A stretch of DNA of 52,552 bases, filler included, from Squatina squatina (Eukaryota): assembly GCA_031763465.1 (NCBI GenBank). It is 4 parts of 4 records of this genome, joined end to end, with 100 filler letters (N's around TTAATTAATTAA, not from the genome) between each part and the next. Parts side by side here need not be neighbours in the genome. Positions count along the whole stretch, not along the records: positions 26,889 to 39,576 come from JARFOE010000192.1; positions 39,677 to 52,552 come from JARFOE010000004.1; 2 more parts are not named here. One strand, 5' to 3'. Position 1 is the stretch's first letter. Each line of letters begins with the position of its first letter. Below the pieces are notes generated by a model. The model saw only the letters and a list, made by a program, of their open reading frames with translations. It did no database searches and had not been told where the DNA came from. A program made the translations under genes and the position numbers. Of this stretch, positions 37,191-48,636 are shown piece by piece.

Positions 37191-37982
37191 CCTGACTACC
37201 TTTTGTCATTGCAGACTTGTAGAAATGGCTATGTGTTACAAGATTACACCCTTTTAAATTGCTCCAGGCTATTTATTCCTTTAAAAATAATTGACATTGT
37301 GGAATCTGTGGGGAGAGTTTTATTGTGATCCACTTCGGTTGGCCTTGCTGGCTGATGTTATGATGGACTCCAGTGGGGGTCCTCAGTATAAAGCGCTCAC
37401 GTCAGAGGATTCATTAGTGTAATATGATCACTGGCACTTTGAATCAGTCTTTTTGCAAGTCTGGATAGACGAAAATTACAGTGCAGTGACCAGAATTAGT
37501 CTGCAGAGGCTTCATAATAGATTCTTTTAAGAGGCAAATTCATTTTCAAATCGAATTGGTTTGTTGGGGGATGTGCATGTGATGGACAAAAGATTGTGGT
37601 GCAAGACAGCTGAAATTTCCTGGACAGCTGCCACTTTTCCACAACACTAAATATAAAACTAGATCTGGCCTTTTCTCCGCTCTACTGTGAGAGAATCGAA
37701 GACCGTAGTCGAAGACTCATTAATGATCAACAGCCCAATGTTTTATTGACTTAAATAACTTTTTGCAAAATTGAACCCAGAATTTTGTAGACTTCGCGCT
37801 CCTGATGTCATTCTCAGCTCTTGGCAAGAGAACAAATTGCTTTCCCTCCCAGATTTGAAATATTTGAACGCAGTTTAACATTGGAAACCCATTACTTCTC
37901 TCAATTTAAATTGGCTGCTGTTTTGAAAAGAGCCAGGACATTTGTTTTTGTCTGAAATCAATAGTTTGTTAGCTAAGAGTAT

Positions 37983-38487
37983 TTCTTCCTCTTCTTAGGC
38001 AGTCCCTCGGGGTCGAGGATGATTTGCTTCCACTCTGGAGTTGTGGGTTCTGAGGTGACTGAACAGTCCTATACGGGATCCGCAAACTCGACCACAGGTG
38101 GGGCAGATAGTATTTGATGGGGCAAGTGGATGGGATGCTCGGGTTTCCGCGTGCTCCTTCCGCTGTCTGTGCTTGGCCTCCACATGTTCCCACCAGAGAT
38201 GCTCGAAGTGGTCGGCGTNNNNNNNNNNCTTCGCAGATGCTTCTCCTCCAGTTCGGGCGGTCTTGGGCCAGAGATTCCCATGAGTCAGTGGGAGGTTTTG
38301 AGGACGTCCTTGAAGCGCTTCCTCTGCCCTCCTGGAAGTCGCTTGCGATGACGAAGCTCGGAATAGCGTGCTTGTTTCGGGAGTCTTGAGTCAGGCATGC
38401 GGATGATGTGGCCCGCCCAGTGCAGCTGGTTGAGCGTGATCAGTGCCTCGATGTTGGGGAGGTTGGCCTGAGAGAGGACGCTGATAT
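37983..38487 (-). mobile_element. RTE-clade LINE 3' end
   Basis: Minus strand encodes QLHWAGHIIRMPDSRLPKQ...GGQRKRFKD...WESLAQDRPNWR...CPTCGRVCGSRIGLFSHLRTH (C-terminal C2H2 finger), stop at 37995-37997, then an (AAG)n-like tail. Confidence 0.92.
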
Positions 38488-39393
38488 NNNNNNNNNNNNN
38501 NNNNNNNNNNNNNNNNNNNNNNNNNNNNNNNNNNNNNNNNNNNNNNNNNNNNNNNNNNNNNNNNNNNNNNNNNNNNNNNNNNNNNNNAAAGAACTTTAAG
38601 CCATGAGGAAAATGGCTACCAAGCTAAAGAAGGAGGGTTTCCCATGAGCTTGTTCAATGAGGAGTTTCTTAAAGGAGGAGAGGGAAGTGAAGGAGTTAAG
38701 TACTCCTAGTGATACTTGCCACTTTTCACAAGATGGACAATGAATGTTACCTTTTTTTCTCCAGTTGGCCCACGATGGCCTATTTCAAAGACCATGTACA
38801 ACCTCTGCAATGAGGAAATATTCCCTTTAAATACGCTGCCCTCTCTGTCAAAGGTAATAATGTCAGTTAATGCGACACAGTGTTAGTGTAGGGTATGTAT
38901 GTTTTTTGACCCGGGACACCTCACATGGTGAGTTAATGTTCTCCGCTGGCCTTTTGACAGTGCTGCAGAATATTTTCTCTGCAAGGAGAAAGGGCCAAGC
39001 GCAACACTGGCAGAGGCCTTATGAGCAGGTAATCTCGTCATGCTGCCAGTCAGGAAATAACAGGAGACCTGGGACTGCATACAGTGGAGTAAAAAAAAAG
39101 AGAGACAGTAGGCATGCTGGGAGGAAAAGCAGGCATACAGAAAGAGACGAGAAAATGACTTGTCCTCAGGAGATTTGAAAGGTACCATACTCCTTTGAAA
39201 TGGGACATTCCTCACAAACTTGGCTGTGTGATGATTCCATTGTGTTACCTGCCATCTACCAACTTTACAGATTCTGGGAGCCCCCTTCCATGCAATTGGC
39301 TTTATTGTCCTTTAAGAAGATGCTTTCTTTCTAGTCAGCAGTGTCTGTTGTAAAATTGGTGTAACAGTAATGTGTCTGCTTTTCTCTCCCCAG

Positions 39394-39451
39394 ATGTATA
39401 GACTCTTGGTTTGAAGTCAATAGGTCATGTCCTGAGCACCCATCAGATTAA
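39394..39451 (+). CDS. ZNRF2: ZNRF2 RING E3 ligase, stop-codon exon (exon runs to the donor after 39488)
   Basis: Acceptor tttctctccccAG|; A+CIDSWFEVNRSCPEHPSD*. Fits the ZNRF1/ZNRF2 C-terminus. The HPSD ending, a first base compatible with GG|A (Gly) and the position downstream of MTURN favour ZNRF2, although CIDSW is ZNRF1-like. Confidence 0.88.
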
Positions 39452-39576
39452 CAGATGAACGGAACCTACTGTTTGCTTTTGCTATAAGGTAATGCCTTTT
39501 GTAAGCCTTGTCTACACAAAATGCTCCATCTCCTCAGTATTAATCTGTTATCCAGACTGTTTGTTGCCTGCTTGAC

Positions 39577-39676
39577 NNNNNNNNNNNNNNNNNNNNNNNN
39601 NNNNNNNNNNNNNNNNNNNNTTAATTAATTAANNNNNNNNNNNNNNNNNNNNNNNNNNNNNNNNNNNNNNNNNNNN
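39577..39676. other. Artificial scaffold-joining spacer
   Basis: 44 N + TTAATTAATTAA (39621-39632) + 44 N. Confidence 0.98.
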
Positions 39677-40753
39677 CGGGAATGTTTACACTGTAATCGG
39701 TCGCTGTGGGGTCAGTCTGGGAATGTTCGCACTGTGGGGTCAGATCGGGAATGTTCACACTGTAATCGGTCACTGTGGGGTCAGTCTGGGAATGTTCACA
39801 CTGTGGGGTCAGTCCGGGATAGTTCGCACTGTAATCGGTCACTGTGGGGTCAGTCCGTGAATGTTTGCGCTCTGGGGTCAGTCCGGGAATGTTCACATTG
39901 TGGGGTCAGTCCGGAATTGTTCGCACTGTGGTGTCAGTCCGGGAATGTTCACACTGTGGGGTCAGTCCAAGAATGTTCACACTGTAATTGTTCACTGTGG
40001 GGCCAGACCAGGAATGTTCGCATTGTCACCGGTCAGTCAGGGATTTTTCACACTGTGGTTTAAGTTTGGGAATGTTCACACTGTGGGGTCAGTCCGGGAA
40101 TGTTCACACTGTGGGGTCAGTCCGGGAATGCGCGCACTGTGGGGTCAGTCCGGGAATGCGCGCACTGTGGGGTCAGTCCGGGAATGCGTGCACTGTGGGG
40201 TCAGTCCGGGAATGCGCGCACTGTAGGGTCAGTCCGGGAATGTGCGCACTGTAATCGGTCACTGTGGGGTCAGTCTGGGAATTTTCACACTGTGGGGTCA
40301 GTCTGGGAATGTTCGCACTGTAATCGGTCACTGTGGGGTCAGTCCAGGAATGTTCACACTGTGGGGTCAGACCGGGAATATTCGCATTGTAACCGGTCGC
40401 TGTGGGGTCAGTCCGGGAATGTTTGCACTGTGGGGTCAGTCCGGGAATATTCGCACTGTGGGGTCAGTCCGGGAATATTCGCACTGTGGGGTCAGTCGGG
40501 AATGTTTGCGCTCTGGGGTCAGTCCGTGAATGTTCTCATTGTGGGGTCAATCCGGGAATGGTCACACTGTGGGGTCAGTCCGGGAATGTTCACACTGTAA
40601 CCGGTCACAGTGACCGGTCAGTCTGGGAATGTTCGCACTGTAATTGGTCACTGTGGGTTCAGTCCGGGAATGTTCACACTGTGGGGTCAGTCTGGGAATG
40701 TTCGCACTGTAATCGGTCACTGTGGGGTCAGTCTGGGAATGTTCGCACTGTAA
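39677..40753. repeat. GC-rich minisatellite, 28-bp unit with a 41-bp variant, roughly 30-35 units
   Basis: Unit CTGTGGGGTCAGTCCGGGAATGTTCACA (e.g. 40081-40108); the long variant inserts CTGTAATCGGTCA. Confidence 0.97.
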
Positions 40754-41199
40754 NNNNNNNNNNNNNNNNNNNNNNNNNNNNNNNNNNNNNNNNNNNNNNN
40801 NNNNNNNNNNNNNNNNNNNNNNNNNNNNNNNNNNNNNNNNNNNNNNNNNNNNNTCCCTAACAAGCGGTCGTTGCAGTGACCGGATCTACAAGTACACCTG
40901 AAGAAAGGTTTTGTGTAATCCTGATAGCCGTGAATCGATTGCACCGCAATGTTCAAGTATCTCGATGCTACGTACACTTGCAGTAACGTGATCTCATTCT
41001 TTCCGAGGAATGCGGTACACGTCCAGCTGGCTCGCGAACAAATGATATACTTCAGTCTGTGACTCAGCGTCTATTTGAATTATATAGATATTAGATAGAG
41101 TTTGTTCCAACTTACGCCATCTTCTTTTTGGTGCCAATCCCATCACAGCCCAGGGTAATTTAGTTTCGGTACTTCCCCTATGAGGCTGGATTAATCATT

Positions 41200-41340
41200 C
41201 CATAAGACCATAAGAAGTAGGATCAGGAATCGGCCATTCGGCCCCTCGAGCCCGCTCCGCCATTCGATTGGATCATGGCTGATCCGACATTCCTCAAGTT
41301 CACCTCCCTGCCCTTTCCCCATAAACCTTGATTCCCGATC
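41200..41340 (-). mobile_element. CR1 3' tail, CpG-rich and probably young
   Basis: 'ccataagaccataagaagtaggatcaggaatcggccattcggcccctcgagcccgctccgccattc...gatcatggctgatc' is the reverse complement of the tail type at 1711. Confidence 0.88.
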
Positions 41341-41851
41341 AATGTTTTCCTCTCTCTGTATCTACATAAAGTCCCAAGGGTTCTCCTCAGTGTCAACAGC
41401 TGGACCTGTCACTGTTGTTCCTGAGCGAAAACTGTCTCCTAATTGATGCAATTTATTTCACTCTGCACTGGTGAAGCGATTGTAAACTCGGGCTGGAAGA
41501 TTATCTACCAGACCTGCATTGACTCTTACACTGGCCGAGCTTGTTAATGATTCTGTTTTAAAACTATTTTTCCAATAGATTCCCAGTAAATTCTATTAAT
41601 GTGACGTGTGAGCAATGCTCCCGAACACTCGAGCTTTTTAATATCTGCCCTCGCAAAGGTGATGTAACTCAGGCCCACAGAAACAGGCAGGTTCCAGCAA
41701 TGCGCACACAGGAACCCGTGTACACTCAGCCTGTGATTTCATTTTAAAAAGACCCTGGTGAGAAATGACTAAAAATATTTATTTAAAAGTTGCAACATAA
41801 GGAACCATCAGTGACTGACACTATTGTGATGGGAACACCAGCAATAATTAC

Positions 41852-41953
41852 CTGCAGCACTTGGCGGGCAGCTGACCATTGCAGACTCGCCTGCTGGTGT
41901 CTTCGTCCACACTACAGAGTTGTAGTTTTCTTCCTGACAGTATTCATGGGGTT
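41852..41953 (-). CDS. Adhesion GPCR B (BAI) family HormR-domain exon, closest to ADGRB1/BAI1 (102 bp)
   Basis: Acceptor tttctgcttcAG|, donor |GTAATT, phase 1-1; (E)[33 protein letters not shown](G) vs recalled BAI1 [34 protein letters not shown]. Confidence 0.9.
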
Positions 41954-42204
41954 CTGAAGCAGAAATTATGCCTTGGTCAACATGGGTAAATGGGTTAAGC
42001 CCCAACACTTCTTTCAAGTCCTATCTACCATTCAGGTAATGAAAAAGAGAAATAGGAGGATTCAACTGCAGTGTCCGGATATACCCTGCCTTGACCTTGA
42101 AACATTGCATATTTGTATTTGATTAAGGTATTGTTGAAGGTGTGCTCACAAGGCTCGGCCATGTGACTAAATATTCATGGGTATGTGAAAACAGGCAAAA
42201 TTGA

Positions 42205-42334
42205 AAAGGAGGCGAGACAGCCTTGATAATAAAGGATGAGATAAAGGCAGTAGGGAGAAAGGATCTTAGCCCAGAAAATCAGGATGCAGATACAGTGTAG
42301 CGATTTGATGCAACCACACCTGAAGTTTTGGTCT
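42205..42334 (+). mobile_element. CR1 ORF2 fragments
   Basis: ALIIKDEIKAVGRKDLSPENQD (endonuclease region) abutting an LMQPHL..FWS remnant. Confidence 0.65.
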
Positions 42335-42434
42335 NNNNNNNNNNNNNNNNNNNNNNNNNNNNNNNNNNNNNNNNNNNNNNNNNNNNNNNNNNNNNNNNNN
42401 NNNNNNNNNNNNNNNNNNNNNNNNNNNNNNNNNN

Positions 42435-42935
42435 TTTCTCTCTCTATCTACTCTGTCCAGACCCCTCATGATTTTGAACACTCGATCAAATCTCCTCTCA
42501 ACCTTCTCTGTTCTAAGGAGAACAACCCCAGCTTCTCCAGTCTCTCCACGTAACTGAAGCCCCTCATCCCTGGAACCATTCTCGTAAATCTTTCCTGTAT
42601 GCTCTCTAAGTCCCTCACATCCTTCCTAAAGCATGGTGCCCAGAATTAGACACAGTACTCCAGTTAAGGCCGAACTAGTGTTCATCATAACCTCCTTGCT
42701 TTTGTACTCTATTCCTCTATTTGTGAAGCCCATTATATTCGCTCCTCTCATCTAAGTCATTCATATAGACTGTAAATAGATGAGGCCCAAGCACTGATCC
42801 TTGCGGTACCCCACTAGTTCCAGCCTGCCAACCGGAATATGATGCATTTATCCCAAATCTCTGTTTTCTGTTTGTTAACCAATCCTCTATCCATGCTAAT
42901 ATATTATCCCCAACCGCATAAGCCCTTATCTCGCG
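42435..42935 (-). mobile_element. CR1 LINE RT and C-terminal fragments
   Basis: Minus strand LAWIEDWLTNRKQR...SGVPQGSVLGPHLFTVYMNDLDE and FKIMRGLDRVDRE, with an internal deletion between them. Confidence 0.92.
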
Positions 42936-44619
42936 TAGTGGCAAATGCCTTAGCAGGCCGTTCTGAGAAACTTTCTGTTATCCTTACCCTTTTGCTTCTG
43001 CCCTCTAATAATCTCTTCATTCATGTAACCACATTCCCCTTAAGCCCATGCACTATAATCTTTGCCATAAGTAGTTAATGTAATACAATGCAGAGAATCA
43101 TTAAATAAAAAGGAAAAAATAAATTAAGGAAGAGGAGAATAATGTCTGTTTAATGTATGATTAAAATGTTTCTTTAATATAGGTTTATACAAATTTAGGA
43201 AATGTTTAATATTTTGCTCTACTGAATGAAGTTCCGAAATTTGACACAAGCAATTTCTACTGTTTCCAGTATAAAACATATGCTGTTACATGTGACTTTT
43301 CTCATGACTTTCAATACAAATATATATAGGAACAATGAAGACTAATGATGAAAAATAGTCATGAAAGATGAACACTTTTTATTAGAAATGTCTTGTAGTT
43401 TGGATATTGTCAAGAAAGTCTGATATAAATTTATTTTTTTATTTCTCGCCCACCTGCTACACATGACTTTTTCAGATTGACTTACCTTTCTTCCTTCAAT
43501 AACACTCATCCGAACAAATTTGGAAAGGTTTAAACATAACAACTTCAGCAGAACAATCTATCAATTTCTTGTATACAATCCCTTTGTGATATTTACAATA
43601 ACATAAACCATTTCAAAAAATATATATTAGTGTTGAAAAAAAACTCAAAATGTGCTGTAAGCAAAAGCCCATCAGAGTGGCAAAATTGAATCCAGCTGCA
43701 AGACCCAACATGTCAGTGCAGTCTGTAAAAGGCTCTCTTATTTTTTATACAATACAACAATCTATTGCAGATCACTAGAGCATTTCCAAATGCCATATGT
43801 TTGGCATCATGTGCACAGCATCTGGTATTCTTTAACAAACAACAAAAAATTTAAAACACAATAAAACAACTGTCAGTCACATAACGTTTACTTTCTCATG
43901 TTTCAAATAGTTGATTTGCATTTGAAAGTTTATATATAAAAATAAACAAATGTCACAATTCCAAGTCCTATTTTCTCACACATTATTCATTGCCTCACCT
44001 TTTGGCTTCATTGCTACTGTAGGCAAACTTCGACAGACATATACCAAATCGAAAGAAAACCATGCAAGGTCAAGGAAAGAGTTCTGTATTTGAACTGTAA
44101 GAACAGGCTCTGTTCTTTACCTGTCTTGTGGTGAATTGTTTTTTCTCCTGCAATATGTGGATGACAAAATTGTTGAAAGCTGTTACAAATATTTTCACAC
44201 TGCAGAAATCAGTGTTGGTAATGTTAATATCACAACTAACTATACAGCAAATTTTACAGCAATCTACAACAAAAATTAAGGCTATTGTAAAGTTAGTCAC
44301 AAAACAATATATAATGCATTTAACAAATGTTCACAAAAGTTTCAATTATTACAGGCATCATAGTGATGCATTTTAAAAGCAGCATATTGAAGGTGACTAA
44401 AAACTTTACTAATAACCTTGCAACCACTCCCTGAGGGGCTCTACCCCACACTGAGAAACATATGCGCAGAGGTAACCCACCCTTGCTGAGGTTGAAAACC
44501 CATTCTTTCCCAGGATCTCCAAACTGTGAGACACCTCCTGCCCATCAGCCCCACTTCTTCCTACAATCTACAGACTTTGAAAACCCAAGCTTGGCATCAT
44601 ATGTCCCGCTTTACCTTAA

Positions 44620-44715
44620 CTTAGAAACATAGGAACAAGAGTAAATCATTCAGCCCCTCGAGCCATTCGATTACATTGTGGTTAATCTGTATCTCAACTC
44701 CATTTATCTGTTATT
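44620..44715 (-). mobile_element. CR1 3' tail
   Basis: 'gaaacataggaacaagagtaaatcattcagcccctcgagcc...tgtatctcaactccattt'. Confidence 0.75.
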
Positions 44716-47700
44716 NNNNNNNNNNNNNNNNNNNNNNNNNNNNNNNNNNNNNNNNNNNNNNNNNNNNNNNNNNNNNNNNNNNNNNNNNNNNNNNNNNNNN
44801 NNNNNNNNNNNNNNNGTTTGCAACCCATGACCTTATCATAATCTGATCTTGAAGCTGTAATCCCTGTATTCAGTCCACATGGGCTAAACAATCCTGACTG
44901 CAAAGCCAGCTGTTGAAAATTAATTATGCAATGTTCTTACATTGTACATTTATTATAATTGTCTAAAATATTAATAGCTGTTTCAGCACCAAATTCTTCA
45001 CACTAAATGAAATTGATCATCTAATGTAAAGGTTTTTGTTATGACCTATAGATTAATGGATGTAAAGATACATGACTGAACAATGAAAAGTGCTTACAGA
45101 TAGCTCACACTAGTCAGTCTGGTGTTCTCAGTTCGACAGAATATAAGAGAGTTGCTGAAATTTTATGAGGCTATAGTTCTGTGGCTTTCAATTTCCAATT
45201 CTTAATAAAGTCTTCTGCAGAGAATAATGATCTTCCAGTATCTAATCCGCAATGCTAGAATATGTTAAAACATAAAAAATATCAAAATTTTAAGTTATGT
45301 GCTTTGGCTGGAAGTCTTTGTTATTATTTGAATGAAGCCCGTTTAGACAGTGTTTGGTAAATCCTGTAATTCAATCTTAGTTACAAAGTTTGTTTCTCTT
45401 ACATTCTTAATAAAATATTTAATATTCAATAAACTGAAGCAATGCTGTCAGCAATTTGGATATGTCCTAAATTGGGCAAAGTCATCAGGTACAAAACAGA
45501 CAGCAGGTTGAAAATGGTTGCTACAATAGTAATACCCTGTGTACAGGAAATAGCAGAAAACAACACCTGTGCTTCTTTTTCTCACACACTTAGGACATTT
45601 TTTTTTAGGATTAACATGCTGTGTCAGAATTATTTCTGTATCTGGCAATATGTGCATGATTTAATANNNNNNNNNNNNNNNNNNNNNNNNNNNNNNNNNN
45701 NNNNNNNNNNNNNNNNNNNNNNNNNNNNNNNNNNNNNNNNNNNNNNNNNNNNNNNNNNNNNNNNNNAGAGATTTTTCTGTAGATTATCTTTGGGTCACTA
45801 TTAAAAACTTATTTTGATATCTGGAGATCAAATATGGATGGTCAATAAATGCTGGCCTTGTTGGCGACACCCACATCCCAGATCGAATTTTTTTTAAAAA
45901 TAGAATTGGAACTCGCGTGTGAAAGTAATTTAAAATATGGAAGCTGAAAAATCTGGGAGTAGCGGAGTCTCAATTTTGGGTTGGAAAACTGGTTGCCCAA
46001 TGAATTAGGCACGGTAGGTCAGGCATCTAAGTTTTCAGCCCACAGCTGCTGGACAGAGAATCTTGTAGGACTGGGCACCTCTATGTCATTATGTGTTCCT
46101 AGCACAAAGCTTCTTCTTTCCTCCAACTCCACCAGAAAACAAATTCATAAAATATGCCCTTGATGCTTAGATGTATTGTCTGCAAGCATAAATATTTCTG
46201 ACAGAAGAAAATCACTCCCTTTATTCATTGTTGCATCAGAAGCTGATAAATGAGAACAAAATAAATATCAGGCAAACATTTTCAACTATAATTATAATTC
46301 AAACTACATCTCCTGGAAATGTCCATAGTACTCAACAAAATAAGTAGTTATGCACATAATTCATGCTTTAAATTTGTTTTGTTTTTGGGACATTAAAACA
46401 GATTTGTTGAATTATATTTAACTTATTTCTGTATTGTTTGTAGACCAGTCCGTTAATTGCTGCCATTGCATTGCACAACAAGGATCTGAGCCAGCTATTC
46501 TGTCAAAAACATTTTGATTTATTTGAACCAATCACGCCAGTTACATTTTTTTTCTTTATGTGGCCAGCCCTAAGTGGCTGGATGAGAACTTCCATTTGGG
46601 AGAAAATCAAGTTTTGTTAAAGCAATATTTTCAAATGTTTCTAAGCCTATTTTGTAACATTTAAGTGGTGATCTTGGTTAATAACAATCCTCTTTTCAAT
46701 CTTTAGATTGTGATCAAAAACAAATAGGGTGAAATGCAGCTTCAGAGCTGTCTTGGTGTTACACCTCTGGACAACAAATTTACAGTGGCGTGTGTGGGCG
46801 ACTGTGGTTACACTGCCTGTCCATGATGCTGTGGTGTGTGCACTGTGCTGCTTAAATGTGTTCAAAACAGGCCACAACAGTCGAGTGGGAGATAGAATTT
46901 CAAAACAAAACCTCAAGAAATAAGTTGAAGTAGGAGATTTTGCACTGGGTGCAATTATATTGCAAAGCAAAATGAAGTGCGGTCAGCTCTTGAATGTGAT
47001 CTATCTTGTGTCAGTACTGGCCTGGACTCCCAGTTTCATACATTATTTTGGGCACTGGCTCACCCAAAAAAATGTTGATGTGGCACTGTTGCCAAAGGTA
47101 CAATACAAAGGCAGCATAGAAGTTCAAAGTTTTCAACACTGAAAGCAAGCTAGCAGTTTCTAGACACCAAGCCAACAGAAGCTGTGTTTGCCAATCAGTA
47201 TACAATACCTAGCTTCGTTCCATGCTGCATTATACACCAAAAAACGAATACATTCAGGCATGACAAAACAAATATATTATATTAAATAACTGTGCCCTTC
47301 CAATCAAAAAAATCCCACACATCATACTGTCTCCTCAAACAGCTGTTTGAAAGCCAATNNNNNNNNNNNNNNNNNNNNNNNNNNNNNNNNNNNNNNNNNN
47401 NNNNNNNNNNNNNNNNNNNNNNNNNNNNNNNNNNNNNNNNNNNNNNNNNNNNNNNNNNCAAAACCTTATTCCTAATACATAACATTCTTGAACACACTTT
47501 AGATTTGAATAATTCTCAGATTATGCACTTCAATCCTTATTAGAAGTGCACTACTGTTTACACATCTCTTTTTTCAACAAAATTATTGAACAAAGGAAAA
47601 TGGTGCCATAAAGGACTGTTACAATCAGCTAATCCCATAGTCAATGAGAAACTAAAAATAGAGTCGAATTTCGTTATTTGTGATCAGTACTGAAGTTCAC

Positions 47701-48587
47701 CAGGAATTGAAATGTTGTTACTGTAAATAGGAATCAATATTAAAATTGAAATGCATAACTTTTGTATTANNNNNNNNNNGGGTGCACACATTGGGAATTT
47801 AGGTGCAAAGAAAATCCTGCAGGATCAGCTGACCTCCATGCCTGACTTCCCAATATGCACTCCCGGCATGGCTCTGTGCCAGAGGAACAAATTTGTAAAA
47901 TATTACTTCTTATGTATTCCTTTAATTTGGATTGTGGAAAATCCAAATACACTATAGGACTTAAATGTGTACCATGACTTTCCTCTTAGGTATATACCAA
48001 TTATTTCTGCAGAAGTCAATGTAGAATTTAGAATTCCTCTATGTTTCACTGGAAACTGAATCATCTTGTGGGGTACTGTAATTTCTGAAATTCAGCATAT
48101 ATAAATCTACCAATTTAATTTTTTTGTCTGAACATTTTTGGCATAAATTTAATACTTGTCCCTAGTTGTGTCAGATACATTCATGACAGTACATTTATTT
48201 TCTAGCCTTCAGGAACACTGTGTGCTGCAACTCCAGATATCTTCTAGAGCTGTCATGTATATATTTTTGCTGATTTCTCAAATGGATTTAGGAGGTTGGA
48301 AAACCCATAGATTTCTGCTCCTGCTGCTGTTTTCTATCATTGCAGCAGTCACTGAAGTCATAGGGAAGACATTAACCTGTCAGCAGCTTTGATGTACAGT
48401 TTGTGTTGTCCAAAAACAGTGATTACATCTAGGTCTTGCTGACAGGCACGTCATGCTCTTTTTGAAAATGAAGGTATGGTGACATTANNNNNNNNNNNNN
48501 NNNNNNNNNNNNNNNNNNNNNNNNNNNNNNNNNNNNNNNNNNNNNNNNNNNNNNNNNNNNNNNNNNNNNNNNNNNNNNNNNNNNNNN

Positions 48588-48636
48588 AGGCTCGAAGGGC
48601 CTAATGGCCTACTCCTGCACCTATTTTCTATGTTTC
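48588..48636 (+). mobile_element. CR1 3' tail tip
   Basis: 'aggctcgaagggcctaatggcctactcctgcacctattttctatgtttct', same family as 1711-1856. Confidence 0.85.

Noticed and set aside
39677-40753. Repeat array as a CRISPR array or repetitive protein gene
   Set aside because: Head-to-tail units without unique spacers, no cas genes, and unit lengths of 28 and 41 are not multiples of three.
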